Origin: Gloeobacterales cyanobacterium
Lineage (GTDB): Bacteria > Cyanobacteriota > Cyanobacteriia > Gloeobacterales > PMM-0068
NCBI GenBank assembly: GCA_038245785.1
Contig: JBBRSB010000005.1
Location: forward strand, 1 to 64,000
Direction: 5' to 3'
DNA: 64,000 bases
Shown: piece by piece, positions 1-10,064 of the stretch
Position numbering within the stretch: the stretch's first letter is position 1
Layout: each line of letters starts with the position of its first letter
Position numbers and translations under genes: made by a program
Notes under the pieces: generated by a model
What the model saw: the letters and a program-made list of their open reading frames with translations, nothing else
What the model was told of the DNA's origin: nothing
Databases searched by the model: none

Positions 1-1058
1 GGTGCTTTTACACCCACATTGCCAAAGAGCAACTCAAGAATGGCGGGTAACGTTGGATTGGTGACGTAATCGGCAAACTGACCATCATTCACAGGCTTAC
101 TGGCATTGAATTTATCTTTGTCTTTTAAGCCGATCACCAGTTCATTCACTAAAGGATTGGCAAGCCGGGACTGTTGAACCAGCGGTCCTATTTCTTTCTC
201 GCCGCCTGGAGGACGCAGAAGGCGGACCGCAGGGGCGCTGGAAGTAGTCCATCCAGCAATCGTGGGGGTAGAGCCATTTGTCAAACAGTCAGCAGCCACT
301 TCTAGAACGAGAGAAGTGATATTTTTGTCGCCCAAATCATCTCGTTCTCCTTTCACAGGACCGAGAACGTTGGTAACATTTACGAGGTCAAAAGTCTCTC
401 CTAAATTCACCACGAAAGGGTCTTTACGTTGACCGACGAATAGGCGACCAGGGACTCCGCAACCAGGAATATTTACGTTATAGACAAAACGGTTAGCATA
501 GTCTGCATAATTCGGAATGGACTTATTCCCAATGTTGTCCACGGGTTTTCCGAATCGACGGGAACGGTCTCCAGCCAGGGTGACGGGATGGGATGCGTTT
601 CCCCGAACGACATTGAGGGTATACGACTCCTGAACATTCAGGTTGGAGTTATCGGTTGAGGAGATCGGTCCAACATTAATGAGCGGTACCGGGATGCTTT
701 TCCCTCCAACAGGAAGAGAAATATTCTTGTTGGTATTGGTGAATTTAAACTGGAAGCTTAAATCTGGATTGGCATCTCCATTGTTGTCAATATTAATGTT
801 GTAGTTGGCTTCTGGATCTAAGGTGAAATAGTTCGGACCACCATAAGCATCTTGTAATGGTAAATAATTAGCAATCAACGTTACAAAGCCTTTGCGATTG
901 GGCTCATAACTGTTGAACATATAGAAGTCAGTGCCATCCAGTTTGGGCTGTTCGGTGATGAAGGGGGCTTCTCGGTGACTGGACGCTTGCACTGGAGGCT
1001 GAACGGACACCATGACCAGGCTTAGAGCGAGTAATGAAATAGCAGCTTGGACTTTCAT
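1..1058 (-). CDS. DUF4331 domain secreted protein (runs off the window start)
   Basis: Translated by hand: GAGG RBS, ATG at 1058, signal peptide MKVQAAISLLALSL, then SSHREAPFITEQPKLDGTDFYMF...NYLPLQDAYGGPNYF, the typical DUF4331 N-terminus. Absent from the ORF track because it has no stop in the window. Confidence 0.85.
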   Translation of the reverse strand, partial: MKVQAAISLLALSLVMVSVQPPVQASSHREAPFITEQPKLDGTDFYMFNSYEPNRKGFVTLIANYLPLQDAYGGPNYFTLDPEANYNINIDNNGDANPDLSFQFKFTNTNKNISLPVGGKSIPVPLINVGPISSTDNSNLNVQESYTLNVVRGNASHPVTLAGDRSRRFGKPVDNIGNKSIPNYADYANRFVYNVNIPGCGVPGRLFVGQRKDPFVVNLGETFDLVNVTNVLGPVKGERDDLGDKNITSLVLEVAADCLTNGSTPTIAGWTTSSAPAVRLLRPPGGEKEIGPLVQQSRLANPLVNELVIGLKDKDKFNASKPVNDGQFADYVTNPTLPAILELLFGNVGVKA

Positions 1059-1216
1059 ACATCTTTCCTCGATGTGGATCGCCCAAATTCCCTAGACAGG
1101 AGGAAATCCTATCGAGAAACATGGGCTCAACAGCATCGTCGATGAAGAGCGATCGCTCTTCCAGTCCAAAAAGTGCTCATTATTTACTCATTTTTGAGTT
1201 TGTGATGACCTCGCCT

Positions 1217-1855
1217 CTAACCTCCATGCTCAAAAACATTTCCATAGCCTGCCAGGTCTAAATCTACCACTGTTTCAAGGGCCTGAAAACAGCGATACGC
1301 TAACTGGGCACGGCCTTCACGCTCCAGCATAGACTCTAGTTTTTCTTTAACAGCGATGAGATAGCGTACATCATTGGCAGCGTAGCGCAGTTGGGCTTCA
1401 CTCAATTCATGAACGGCTCCCCAGTCGGAAGATTGAGCTGTTTTATCGAGTTCTGTGCCTGTCAGTTCTAGAACTACGTCTTTGAGACCATGCCGATTGG
1501 TATAGGTGCGCGCAAGCTTACTGGCAATTTTGGTGCAGAAAATGGATTGGGTTTGAATGCCTAAGTGGGCTTTGAGCATACCGATGTCAAAGCGAGCGTA
1601 GTGGAAGACTTTAAGCACTTGGGGTAGCTCCATGACGCCTTTGAGATGGGGCGCTCCTTTAGCCAAATCTTGGGTCGTAAAACGGACTAAGACGACCTGG
1701 CCTTCCGGCGTACAGATCTGGATCAGACAGAGACGGTCCCTTTGGGGTAGGAGCCCCATCGTTTCGGTATCTATGGCCAGAATCGGGCACATAGCCAGTT
1801 CATCGGCCGCAGATGCACTCAAGTCTCCGTCAAACAATTGAAAATCTTCAAGCAT
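1217..1855 (-). CDS. RNase D-like 3'-5' exonuclease (DEDDy)
   Basis: AIDTETMGL..RDRLCLIQ, HYARFD, SSDW and YAANDV motifs. Confidence 0.9.
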   Translation of the reverse strand: MLEDFQLFDGDLSASAADELAMCPILAIDTETMGLLPQRDRLCLIQICTPEGQVVLVRFTTQDLAKGAPHLKGVMELPQVLKVFHYARFDIGMLKAHLGIQTQSIFCTKIASKLARTYTNRHGLKDVVLELTGTELDKTAQSSDWGAVHELSEAQLRYAANDVRYLIAVKEKLESMLEREGRAQLAYRCFQALETVVDLDLAGYGNVFEHGG

Positions 1856-1926
1856 CGCAGGCTCCCCATTGTCTTAGCTCTTGGAGCTAGATTAGCGGGG
1901 AATGGGACCACCTTGCTAACTTCAGA

Positions 1927-2484
1927 TTAGCGACCCATTTCTCGCTTGAGTTTTTCCAGTTCTTCTTCTGTTTCCCAGCGTTCAAAGGCTTCCCTGATCG
2001 CATCCGGTTCGTAGCGGGGAGGGGTTCGCCAAGACTGAGGGGGGGGAGTGGTTTTCTTTTGAGCCTTCATTTGATTGATTTTTTCCTGAACCTCCTGCCG
2101 GCGAACCTGAATTTTGCGCAGGAGTTCTTCGCTTTGGGGTATCTGGGCCTGAATAGCTTCCCTTTTGCCCCAGAGAAGATTTCCTTCCCTCAAAAGTTCT
2201 GCTTCTCGCACCAAAGCCCCATCTCTGAGATCAAAACGTCCTGCTTCGGCTGCTTTTTCTACTCGGAGATGCCACTTTTTAATCTCTTGGGCCGTTTGCA
2301 TGATCTGCTGGTCCAGCTCTTTTTGTTCTGTCAGGGAACGCTGGAGCAAGTGCTGGGCTTCCTTCTGCTGTTCCTCAAGCTTCTGGGACAAGACTTCCAA
2401 TTGCAAATCAGGATGCCCTGCCAGAAACTCATCTAGCCGGGTTTCTAAAAATTTACTCAATTCATCCCACAAACCCACCGCCAA
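1927..2484 (-). CDS. TIGR04376-type cyanobacterial coiled-coil protein (PspA-like)
   Basis: GLWDELSKFLETRLDEFL N-terminus, W..RVEKA..AGRFDL, FERWETEEELEKLK C-terminus; start may be GTG 2478. Confidence 0.75.
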   Translation of the reverse strand: MAVGLWDELSKFLETRLDEFLAGHPDLQLEVLSQKLEEQQKEAQHLLQRSLTEQKELDQQIMQTAQEIKKWHLRVEKAAEAGRFDLRDGALVREAELLREGNLLWGKREAIQAQIPQSEELLRKIQVRRQEVQEKINQMKAQKKTTPPPQSWRTPPRYEPDAIREAFERWETEEELEKLKREMGR

Positions 2485-2488
2485 TCTC

Positions 2489-3655
2489 CTAAGGGTCTCC
2501 TAAAGTTAGCACTTTAGTCTGACTTCCTTGTTGCATTGTGACCTGGTTCTCCGCTATCGACTGAAGAACCCAGCCTCCCCCGACCTGATCACCAGGGAGA
2601 ACTTCCTTCATGCTATCTCCGGTTTTGATGAGTGCTGTCTGGCGTTTGCTTCCGGTGCCCATGATGCCCACTAGCGAATGGGCTGGAGCAGCGCTCGCTA
2701 CCGTTTGTGGTGGTTGCTTGGCTTGAACTTGAGATGGCGCCTTGACTGAGGTTTGTGTATTGTCTGAGCTCTGAGGTGTAGCGCTAGTCCCTGTGGCAGG
2801 TGTGGCAGGCGTTGCAGTCTGGACAGCACTCGAGGGTGATGGATTGGGAACAGCCGTTTGCATTTGGCTCGGGGATGGCAAAGGAGGCAGGGAACCAGAG
2901 CCATTGGCTTTGAGTGGCCGTAGAGAAGGAGGAGCGGGGAGAATCCTGGGTAGCGGAGGAATATTGTAGCGCTGGGGGACAGCGGCATAAATCCTAGGCT
3001 GGGCAGGCTGAACTTTGAGTGGGACCTGCGCTACAGCTTGAGCTGGCTGAAGCACGCTAGGAGCTTGTCCTTTGAGGACTTGGAAAGGCTGTTGGGAGCC
3101 AGGAGGCAGAGCCGTTATGACCGTGCCAGAAGAGGCGGTCGGCGTAATCTTTACAGAAGGGAAGAAAGGATTTGCTTTATTGCCTGCCTTACTTCCTAAA
3201 GCAGTCTTGGTCGCTTGAATATCTTGCTTGTAGCGTCGAAGAATCTTTTCTTCTTGGTTAGCAGCGGCAACCAGAAGGACAGAGGCCGCAGAGACAGGAG
3301 CTACGGCAGCGGTCACTGAAGGTTGGAGCGAGGATGGTTCAGCTTGAGGAACTTCTTGAGTTTTGGCCACGGTGGTTGGATTCGCCTGGAACCACACAGA
3401 GAACCATACAGAGCTTGCCAACGCCACAGAACTCAAGGCGGTACCTAAAAACAACCACTCACCACGGGAGGCTGGTTTAATGCGTCCTATAAATGTTGTT
3501 TTTTCTGGAGGAGCTTCCTCGCGTCCACGCTCAGGCAAAAGCTCATCCAAACCTGTGAAAGTAGGTTCCAGGGATGACTCTACCCCTGAAAATACCTCAT
3601 CAACAACTTGGTCTGCCTGCAATTCGAGGTCTTCCCATCTAGGCAAATTTCCCAC
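2489..3655 (-). CDS. Bitopic membrane protein with a Pro/Ala-rich linker and a C-terminal PilP/GspC-like beta domain
   Basis: One TM segment near aa 67-89, low-complexity middle, C-terminal LVGIMG..ALI..GDQVGGGWVLQSI. Confidence 0.6.
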   Translation of the reverse strand: MGNLPRWEDLELQADQVVDEVFSGVESSLEPTFTGLDELLPERGREEAPPEKTTFIGRIKPASRGEWLFLGTALSSVALASSVWFSVWFQANPTTVAKTQEVPQAEPSSLQPSVTAAVAPVSAASVLLVAAANQEEKILRRYKQDIQATKTALGSKAGNKANPFFPSVKITPTASSGTVITALPPGSQQPFQVLKGQAPSVLQPAQAVAQVPLKVQPAQPRIYAAVPQRYNIPPLPRILPAPPSLRPLKANGSGSLPPLPSPSQMQTAVPNPSPSSAVQTATPATPATGTSATPQSSDNTQTSVKAPSQVQAKQPPQTVASAAPAHSLVGIMGTGSKRQTALIKTGDSMKEVLPGDQVGGGWVLQSIAENQVTMQQGSQTKVLTLGDP

Positions 3656-3813
3656 GGCGTAGGCTCTCCACCAAAAATCTTACGTACTTAGGTTTCCCAC
3701 CAAAATAAGCTAAGACTACCATTTTGGCTAAAAAGAAATAAAAGAATACTCTAAGGTTCTCATAAAGTACGTTTAAAGTGTCGGCATCAAAATCTGGAGT
3801 TGCGTTGGTCTTT

Positions 3814-4491
3814 ATGTCTGAATACCCAGATATCCGCAGAAAAATTGAACTGAGCTGTGTAAGCCCTATGACGACACAAGCGGCTGTGGAGCAGGCCTGT
3901 CGGGAAGTTGACTACTACGGTTTTATTGGTTTGAGCGTTTTCAGTCGTCATCTGGACTATGCCGTGGATGTCTTGCATGCTAAACGGATTCCAGTGATTG
4001 CCGTGATTGGTTATCCCTTTGGGATCAGTACCCCTCAAACCAAGCTCTTTGAAAGTCAGGAGGCTGTTTCTAAGGGGGCCGACATTCTAGAAGTCAGTTT
4101 GCCCCTTGGCCTATGCAAATCGGGCGAGGGCGAAAAGCTCTACCACGAGTTGGCTCCCATCATTGTCGAAACACAGGCGACCGTGAGGGCTGTTATTGAA
4201 TTGGCTGCCCTAGATGAACGAGAAATAGCCCTTGCGGTGGAAGTGGCTCTTGATGCTGGTGTGCAAGGTATTAAGACAGGAAGCGGATTCGGTGGAACGG
4301 TTACCCCTGGGAAGATAAGAGCTTTGGTGGCCCTGGTCAAAAATCGGGTGCCGATCAAGGCCAGTGGGGGGGTGAATGAATTGCAGCAGGGATATGCGCT
4401 TCTAGAAGCGGGAGCACAATCCTTAGGAACCTCTAGGGGCGCGGCTTTTGTTGATGCTCAACGCAAGCAGGAAACAGAAGGCACTGCCTAA
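3814..4491 (+). CDS. deoC: Deoxyribose-phosphate aldolase-like protein (divergent active site)
   Basis: VIGYPFG, IKTGSGF, IKASGG and GTS motifs; ATG 3814 preferred over GTG 3778. Confidence 0.75.
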   Translation: MSEYPDIRRKIELSCVSPMTTQAAVEQACREVDYYGFIGLSVFSRHLDYAVDVLHAKRIPVIAVIGYPFGISTPQTKLFESQEAVSKGADILEVSLPLGLCKSGEGEKLYHELAPIIVETQATVRAVIELAALDEREIALAVEVALDAGVQGIKTGSGFGGTVTPGKIRALVALVKNRVPIKASGGVNELQQGYALLEAGAQSLGTSRGAAFVDAQRKQETEGTA

Positions 4492-4616
4492 TTTCCAGAT
4501 TGTTTTAACTCCTCCTTCCTCAGTAGCGCCTGAGAGAAAAGCTATCCTAGTTGGTGTCCAGGGCTGGCCAATATTAGGTTTCATGTCCAGTCTTATGGGA
4601 ATAGAAGCACTTAATT

Positions 4617-6146
4617 ATGATCCGCACCTTAGCTGAAAACCCCCTGCGGGATAGTTCACGTAGTGAACGGGGGGCTGCCCCTGTCGTTATGGTAATCTTT
4701 GGGGCCTCTGGAGACCTTACCACCCGTAAGCTGATCCCCGCTCTTTTCGATCTCGGCTGCGAGCGCCGATTGCCCAGTCAGTTTGCGGTTGTGGGGCTAT
4801 CTCGCTCTCCACTCTCCCATGAAGAATTCCGGGAGCGTCTGAAGGTTGGAGTTCATAGTTTTGCCCGTAATGAAGATGCCCCTCCCCAGGTGTGGGACAG
4901 CTTCTCCAAAGGTGTTTTCTACCATTCGGGGGATCTAAAAGATCCTCAGACCTACGTGCAGCTCAAAGAGCTGCTAGCTCAGGTGGATAAGGAACGAGGA
5001 ACGGCTGGCCGTCGGCTTTTTTACCTGTCCACCTCTCCCAACTATTTCCCGATCATTCTGGAACAGTTGAGCCAGGCGGGGATGTTACAGGACCCAGAGA
5101 CCAGTAAGGTAATTATCGAAAAGCCTTTTGGGACCGACCTGGAAACCGCCCAGGCCTTGAACCAAAAAGTGCTTTCGGTAGCCAAGGAACGCCAAGTCTA
5201 TCGGATTGATCACTATTTAGGGAAAGAGACAGTCCAAAACCTATTGGTCTTCCGCTTTGGGAACGCCATTTTTGAGCCGCTCTGGAACCGGAATCATCTC
5301 AGCCATATCCAAATCACGGTGTCGGAAACAGTGGGCTTAGAAGGTCGGGCTGGCTATTACGAGGAGGCTGGGGTCCTGAAGGATATGGTCCAGAACCACC
5401 TTATGCAGTTGCTCTGCTTAGTCTGTATGGAACCGCCCGTGGCCTTTGATGCCAAGAGCGTGCGGGATGAGAAGGTCAAAGTTTTAAAGGCTCTGCGGTT
5501 GGACGGTGGAGTAGGAGGAGACCTCAGTCGTTCGGTTGTCCGGGGACAATATGCCCAAGGCTGGGCAGGGAGCGTACAAGTTCCTGGCTATCGGGAAGAA
5601 CCTCAGGTGGTCAAAGATTCTACGACCCCTACTTATGTAGCTTTGAAATTTGCCATCGACAACTGGCGCTGGAAAGGAGTCCCTATCTATCTACGCACAG
5701 GTAAGCGTCTGACCAAACGGGTATCTGAGATCGCTTTGCAGTTCAAAGATGTGCCCCAGCAACTTTTCCCCGATGAAGCGCCCTCCCCCAATGTACTGGC
5801 TTTGAGAATTCAACCGGACCAAGGCGTTTCCCTGCGCTTTGAAGCCAAACGTCCAGGGCCGAAGATCCAGATGCAGCCTGTGAATATGGATTTTCGCTAC
5901 GGCAGTGCATTCGGAATGGAGACGCCAGAGGCCTACGAGCGCCTTTTGTTAGACTGTATGGTAGGTGATCAGACGCTCTTTACGCGGGCTGACGAAGTGG
6001 AAGAGGCATGGCGAGTAGTAATGCCGGTGCTGAAAGGATGGCAGGAGAACAAAGTCCCTTTGACCTTTTATGAGTCTGGCAGCTGGGGTCCGGCAGAGGC
6101 CGATCAGCTGATTAAGCAGGACGGATTTCGCTGGCGTCGCTTGTAA
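4617..6146 (+). CDS. zwf: Glucose-6-phosphate dehydrogenase
   Basis: GASGDL, EKPFG and RIDHYLGKE motifs. Confidence 0.97.
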   Translation: MIRTLAENPLRDSSRSERGAAPVVMVIFGASGDLTTRKLIPALFDLGCERRLPSQFAVVGLSRSPLSHEEFRERLKVGVHSFARNEDAPPQVWDSFSKGVFYHSGDLKDPQTYVQLKELLAQVDKERGTAGRRLFYLSTSPNYFPIILEQLSQAGMLQDPETSKVIIEKPFGTDLETAQALNQKVLSVAKERQVYRIDHYLGKETVQNLLVFRFGNAIFEPLWNRNHLSHIQITVSETVGLEGRAGYYEEAGVLKDMVQNHLMQLLCLVCMEPPVAFDAKSVRDEKVKVLKALRLDGGVGGDLSRSVVRGQYAQGWAGSVQVPGYREEPQVVKDSTTPTYVALKFAIDNWRWKGVPIYLRTGKRLTKRVSEIALQFKDVPQQLFPDEAPSPNVLALRIQPDQGVSLRFEAKRPGPKIQMQPVNMDFRYGSAFGMETPEAYERLLLDCMVGDQTLFTRADEVEEAWRVVMPVLKGWQENKVPLTFYESGSWGPAEADQLIKQDGFRWRRL

Positions 6147-6178
6147 TGTTTGTTCATGAGCCCTAAGGAGAAAAAGAA

Positions 6179-7261
6179 ATGAGTGCTGTAGTCCCTCTAT
6201 CTGATGTGCAGGCAGTTCCTGTTACGAGTATTGAGCAACAACTAAGTCACATCTGGTCAGCAGCGGGAGCTACGCGTGCGGCTACCTTTAATCTAATTAT
6301 TTATCGTCCTGAAGCTCCTGTGGGTGGATTAGACCAGGTGGTGGGTGTCGTCACCGCCCAAAATCCCTGTCGGGCAATCGTGCTTTTTCCTTCTGCAGAG
6401 GAAGGGTTATCCGCGCAGGTGGGAGCCTATTGCCCTGCTTCCGGTGGAAAGAGTGCTTCAGTATGCTGTGAGTACATTACGCTCCAAGTAGGGGCTAATG
6501 CTCCTCTAGGTCAGCTGAAAAGTCTTTTACTTTCTCTGTTGATTCCTGACCTGCCGGTAGTGCTTTGGTGGGATGCTCCAATTAATGTCAATGAGCCTCT
6601 GTTTAGGAACTTGGAAGATCTCAGCGAACGTTTGGTCTTCGACTCTGCCCAGCTCACAGATCCGATGAAGGATCTTCCCGCTCTGGCGGCTAGAGTTCAT
6701 GGGGGTAGCCCTCGAGTCTTTAGTGACTTGAACTGGTCTCGTCTATCTCCATGGCGAGAACTGACCGCTCAAGCCTTTGATGCCCCCAGTACAAGAGAAG
6801 CCCTGTTCAGCTTGAATCGGGTTGACCTCCAGTACGCAAAAGGCTCTGAAAATGAAGCCTGGTTGTACTTAGTGTGGTTAACCAGTCGTCTGGAATGGAC
6901 CTATAAAAGCCATGAAGCAGCGGAAAATGGACTCCTTCTCCACTTCTTTAAGGGTGAAGCCCAGTTGGATGTTAATTTTCAAGAGGTCCCAACCTCAGAA
7001 GAGCAAGGGCCTTTCTCTGCCCACTTAGTATCCAACCAATTTGGAACGACGGTGATTCGCAGTTCCGGGGAAGGTCATCATGGCTGTTTGATGATTGATA
7101 TGGAAGGCAAGGGAACTTCTCAGGTCTGCCAGATTGCTCCTTCTGATGAGAATTCTTTAGAACAACTCCTTAGCCACGACCTCTATACCCGGAAGCAAGA
7201 CCTGGTTTGGGAAGAAGTGGTGGTAGCCATTGCCCAAATTTATCGGAGTATTGATCCTTAG
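6179..7261 (+). CDS. opcA: G6PDH assembly/activator protein OpcA
   Basis: AQNPCR, AYCP..VCCEYI, DLPVVLWW and DLNWSRLSPWRE motifs; directly downstream of zwf. Confidence 0.9.
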   Translation: MSAVVPLSDVQAVPVTSIEQQLSHIWSAAGATRAATFNLIIYRPEAPVGGLDQVVGVVTAQNPCRAIVLFPSAEEGLSAQVGAYCPASGGKSASVCCEYITLQVGANAPLGQLKSLLLSLLIPDLPVVLWWDAPINVNEPLFRNLEDLSERLVFDSAQLTDPMKDLPALAARVHGGSPRVFSDLNWSRLSPWRELTAQAFDAPSTREALFSLNRVDLQYAKGSENEAWLYLVWLTSRLEWTYKSHEAAENGLLLHFFKGEAQLDVNFQEVPTSEEQGPFSAHLVSNQFGTTVIRSSGEGHHGCLMIDMEGKGTSQVCQIAPSDENSLEQLLSHDLYTRKQDLVWEEVVVAIAQIYRSIDP

Positions 7262-7262
7262 C

Positions 7263-7994
7263 ATGCCACAGACAAAGCCTCTGATAGAGGTTCTAGACAC
7301 TCCTGACGCGGTCACACAGCGAGCGATTGAAGTCGTTGTGTCCACTGTACAAGAGGCAGTGCAAAAGCAGGGACGCTGTTCTGTGGCGCTCTGCGGTGGG
7401 TCTACGCCAAAAGCACTGTACGCTCAGTTGGCATTGAGAGAAGATGTGCCTTGGGCACAGGTGCATTTTTTCTTTGGCGATGACCGCTACGTCCCCCATG
7501 AGCATGCCAACAGTAATTTCCGAATGGCGCAGGAGGTTTTATTCTCAAAAGCGCCTATCTCAACGGCCAACATTCATCCAATGCCTACGGGCAAGACTCC
7601 TGAGGAAGATGCAAGGGCCTATGCTGCAACCTTAGTGGACTACTTCGGCCAGGAATCTCCTCACTTTGACCTCATTCTTCTAGGCATGGGAAACGATGGG
7701 CATACGGCCTCCCTTTTCCCTGGAGATCAGTCTTTAGAAGCGACAGGGGTTGTTACCGTAGCGCATCCTCGCTTGAGTCAAGAAGCGATAGATACGGCTC
7801 CTGTCCGCTTAACCTTTACGTTCTCTACCCTCAATCAAGCGCACAAGGTTGTTTTTCTAATTACAGGTAAAGCCAAGCAAAAGATTCTGGTCCAGATCTT
7901 CAAGGGAGAAGGAGAGTTTCCGGCTGGGCGGGTAAAACCTTCTGGGGAACTACTCTTTTTGATCGACCGAGCCGCTAGCGCTACTTCTGATTAG
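7263..7994 (+). CDS. pgl: 6-phosphogluconolactonase
   Basis: LCGGSTP, GDDRYVP..SNF and LGMGNDGHTASLFP motifs; ATG 7263 follows the opcA stop. Confidence 0.93.
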   Translation: MPQTKPLIEVLDTPDAVTQRAIEVVVSTVQEAVQKQGRCSVALCGGSTPKALYAQLALREDVPWAQVHFFFGDDRYVPHEHANSNFRMAQEVLFSKAPISTANIHPMPTGKTPEEDARAYAATLVDYFGQESPHFDLILLGMGNDGHTASLFPGDQSLEATGVVTVAHPRLSQEAIDTAPVRLTFTFSTLNQAHKVVFLITGKAKQKILVQIFKGEGEFPAGRVKPSGELLFLIDRAASATSD

Positions 7995-8841
7995 CCAGTT
8001 GAGACATTTGATTTGTCCGTTCGATGCGGATTTGCTTTTTGGTACTTTCCGGTAGCTGTTTGCCGACTTCAAGTGCTTGATCAAAGAAAGCAATGGCCTC
8101 TGTGGGCTTGTTTTGCAAGGCGAAGATTTGGCCCTTTAGGTAAAGAAGATCCGGATTCTGGGGAGCTACTGCCAAGGCTTTATCTACCATCGCTTGCGCT
8201 TTTGGATAGTCCTTGGTATCTCGATAGACGAGGGCCTGGCCTCGATAAGACAGATAGGGTGGCCCGGCTTTGCGAAATTCTTGGAGCGCATCGTCATACT
8301 TGTTCAGGAGGGTATTGATATAGCCCACTAACAGATTGACCTCTGGATCGTCAGGAGTCAGCTGCCGCGCTTTATCGATTTCTAAAAACATGGAAGATAC
8401 GTAGGTCAGCGCTTTTGGAATACCCAGAAGCCCGTCTTTCAGGTAATAGCTTGAGCCCTCTAGTCCCTGAGCAATGCCTCGATAGAGATGAGCCCGAGTC
8501 GCGTCCTTAGCTTCCATACTTTCGGAGACTTCACGCGTTTTTTGGGTCATCTCCAGCATTTTGTCCCTTTGACCATTGAGATAGGCCAGAGATGCCTGAA
8601 GGGTATAGACCAAAGGTTCATTAGGGTTTTCTTCTTGAGCTTTGATCAGCTTTTGCTTGGCATTCTGAAATTTGCCTGTGCGAAAGAAGTCCTCAAAGGC
8701 ACTCTCTAGCGCTGGACCGATCGGGCGGGCATCCGGGCCTGTTCGGAAAGGGTCTTGGGCTAGGGCTGGACTTGCATAGCAAAGAACAATGGAGACCAAA
8801 AGACCAATAGCAGATTGTCCCTTTGCAGAGAAATGAATCAA
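7981..8841 (-). CDS. Sll0314/Alr1548-type secreted TPR protein, copy 1
   Basis: Signal peptide, QDPFR motif, TPR helices. Confidence 0.75.
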   Translation of the reverse strand: MIHFSAKGQSAIGLLVSIVLCYASPALAQDPFRTGPDARPIGPALESAFEDFFRTGKFQNAKQKLIKAQEENPNEPLVYTLQASLAYLNGQRDKMLEMTQKTREVSESMEAKDATRAHLYRGIAQGLEGSSYYLKDGLLGIPKALTYVSSMFLEIDKARQLTPDDPEVNLLVGYINTLLNKYDDALQEFRKAGPPYLSYRGQALVYRDTKDYPKAQAMVDKALAVAPQNPDLLYLKGQIFALQNKPTEAIAFFDQALEVGKQLPESTKKQIRIERTNQMSQLANQK

Positions 8842-8931
8842 AATCGCTCCTATTACTGATTAATAGTTTGTTCTTTCTAGCTAAGAAGTCCATTTACATA
8901 GTGAGGTTCCACAGAACCAAAGCAATACTGG

Positions 8932-9843
8932 CTAAGGTTTAAGTGAAACAGCTTTGTTGGCGGAAACTAATTTTATTTGGGTATCTCGTTCACGCATGAG
9001 TTGGATCTTTGTACTTTGAGGAAGCTGTTTTCCTAGCTCTAGGGCTTTATTGAAAGAGACTAGGGCCGCTTCTGGTTTGTTCTGTAGGGCCAAAGTTTGT
9101 GCCTTGAGATAGTGCAATTCAGCATTGCGGGGAGCTGCCGCTAGAGCTTTTTCAGCCATAGCTTGAGCTTGTGGGTAGGCTTTGGTATCTCTCATAACAA
9201 GGGCTTGCCCTCTTAAAGCGAGATACGGGGGGCCTGCTTTGCGAAATTCTTTGAGGGCATCATCGTATTTATTCAATAACAGGTCGATATACCCCACGAA
9301 CAGATTCACCTCTGGATCATTGGGAGTCAACTGTCGGGCTCGATCAATTTCTAAAAACATAGAAGTGACATAGGTCAAGGCTCTTGGTAAACCCATAAAG
9401 CCATCTTTCAGGTAATAGCTGGAGCCTTCTAGCCCTTGGGCAATTCCCCGATAGAGATGAGAACGACCGGGGTCTTTAGATTCGATGGATTGCGCCACAT
9501 CACGGGTTTTTTGGGTCATGGTTAGCATTTTGTCTCGCTGACCGTTTTGATAGGCCAGGGCTGCTTGAAGCGTATAGACCAAAGGCTCATTGGGGTTTTC
9601 TGCTTGGGCTTTATTCAGTTTTTGACTGGCATTCTGAAATTCTCCAGTGCGAAAGAAGTCCTCAAAGGCACTTTCAAGGGTAGGGCCTATAGGACGAGCA
9701 TCCAAGCCTGTCCGAAAAGGGTCTTGGGCCAAAGCAGGGCTAGAAAATAGGAGCGTGGTTAGAGGGAGGACAATCCAGAAGCGGCTGGACTTATTTAACT
9801 TACTTGACTTATTAGGTCTGATTTGTTTGAGAGGAGCGTGCAT
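8932..9843 (-). CDS. Sll0314/Alr1548-type secreted TPR protein, copy 2
   Basis: Collinear paralogue of 7981-8841 with long identical stretches. Confidence 0.75.
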   Translation of the reverse strand: MHAPLKQIRPNKSSKLNKSSRFWIVLPLTTLLFSSPALAQDPFRTGLDARPIGPTLESAFEDFFRTGEFQNASQKLNKAQAENPNEPLVYTLQAALAYQNGQRDKMLTMTQKTRDVAQSIESKDPGRSHLYRGIAQGLEGSSYYLKDGFMGLPRALTYVTSMFLEIDRARQLTPNDPEVNLFVGYIDLLLNKYDDALKEFRKAGPPYLALRGQALVMRDTKAYPQAQAMAEKALAAAPRNAELHYLKAQTLALQNKPEAALVSFNKALELGKQLPQSTKIQLMRERDTQIKLVSANKAVSLKP

Positions 9844-10064
9844 GGAGGTAATGGGAGTGATTCCTTTGATCTATCGTGAAAGTCTACTGAACTGCAATAG
9901 GCATAAGTGCAAGGAAACTGACGGTAAAGCTCCGTTGGCATAGGTGTTAGCCAAAGCGAGATTACCAGATCTATTTTAATCATTCCAGTTCTAGGACATG
10001 CTTTCAAAAAGAATTGGTTACACACATGATATTTTTATCGTCATCGCTATTAATCATGGAGCGC

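Noticed and set aside
928..1122. 64-aa track ORF
   Set aside because: Out-of-frame overlap with the real DUF4331 gene, which starts at 1058.
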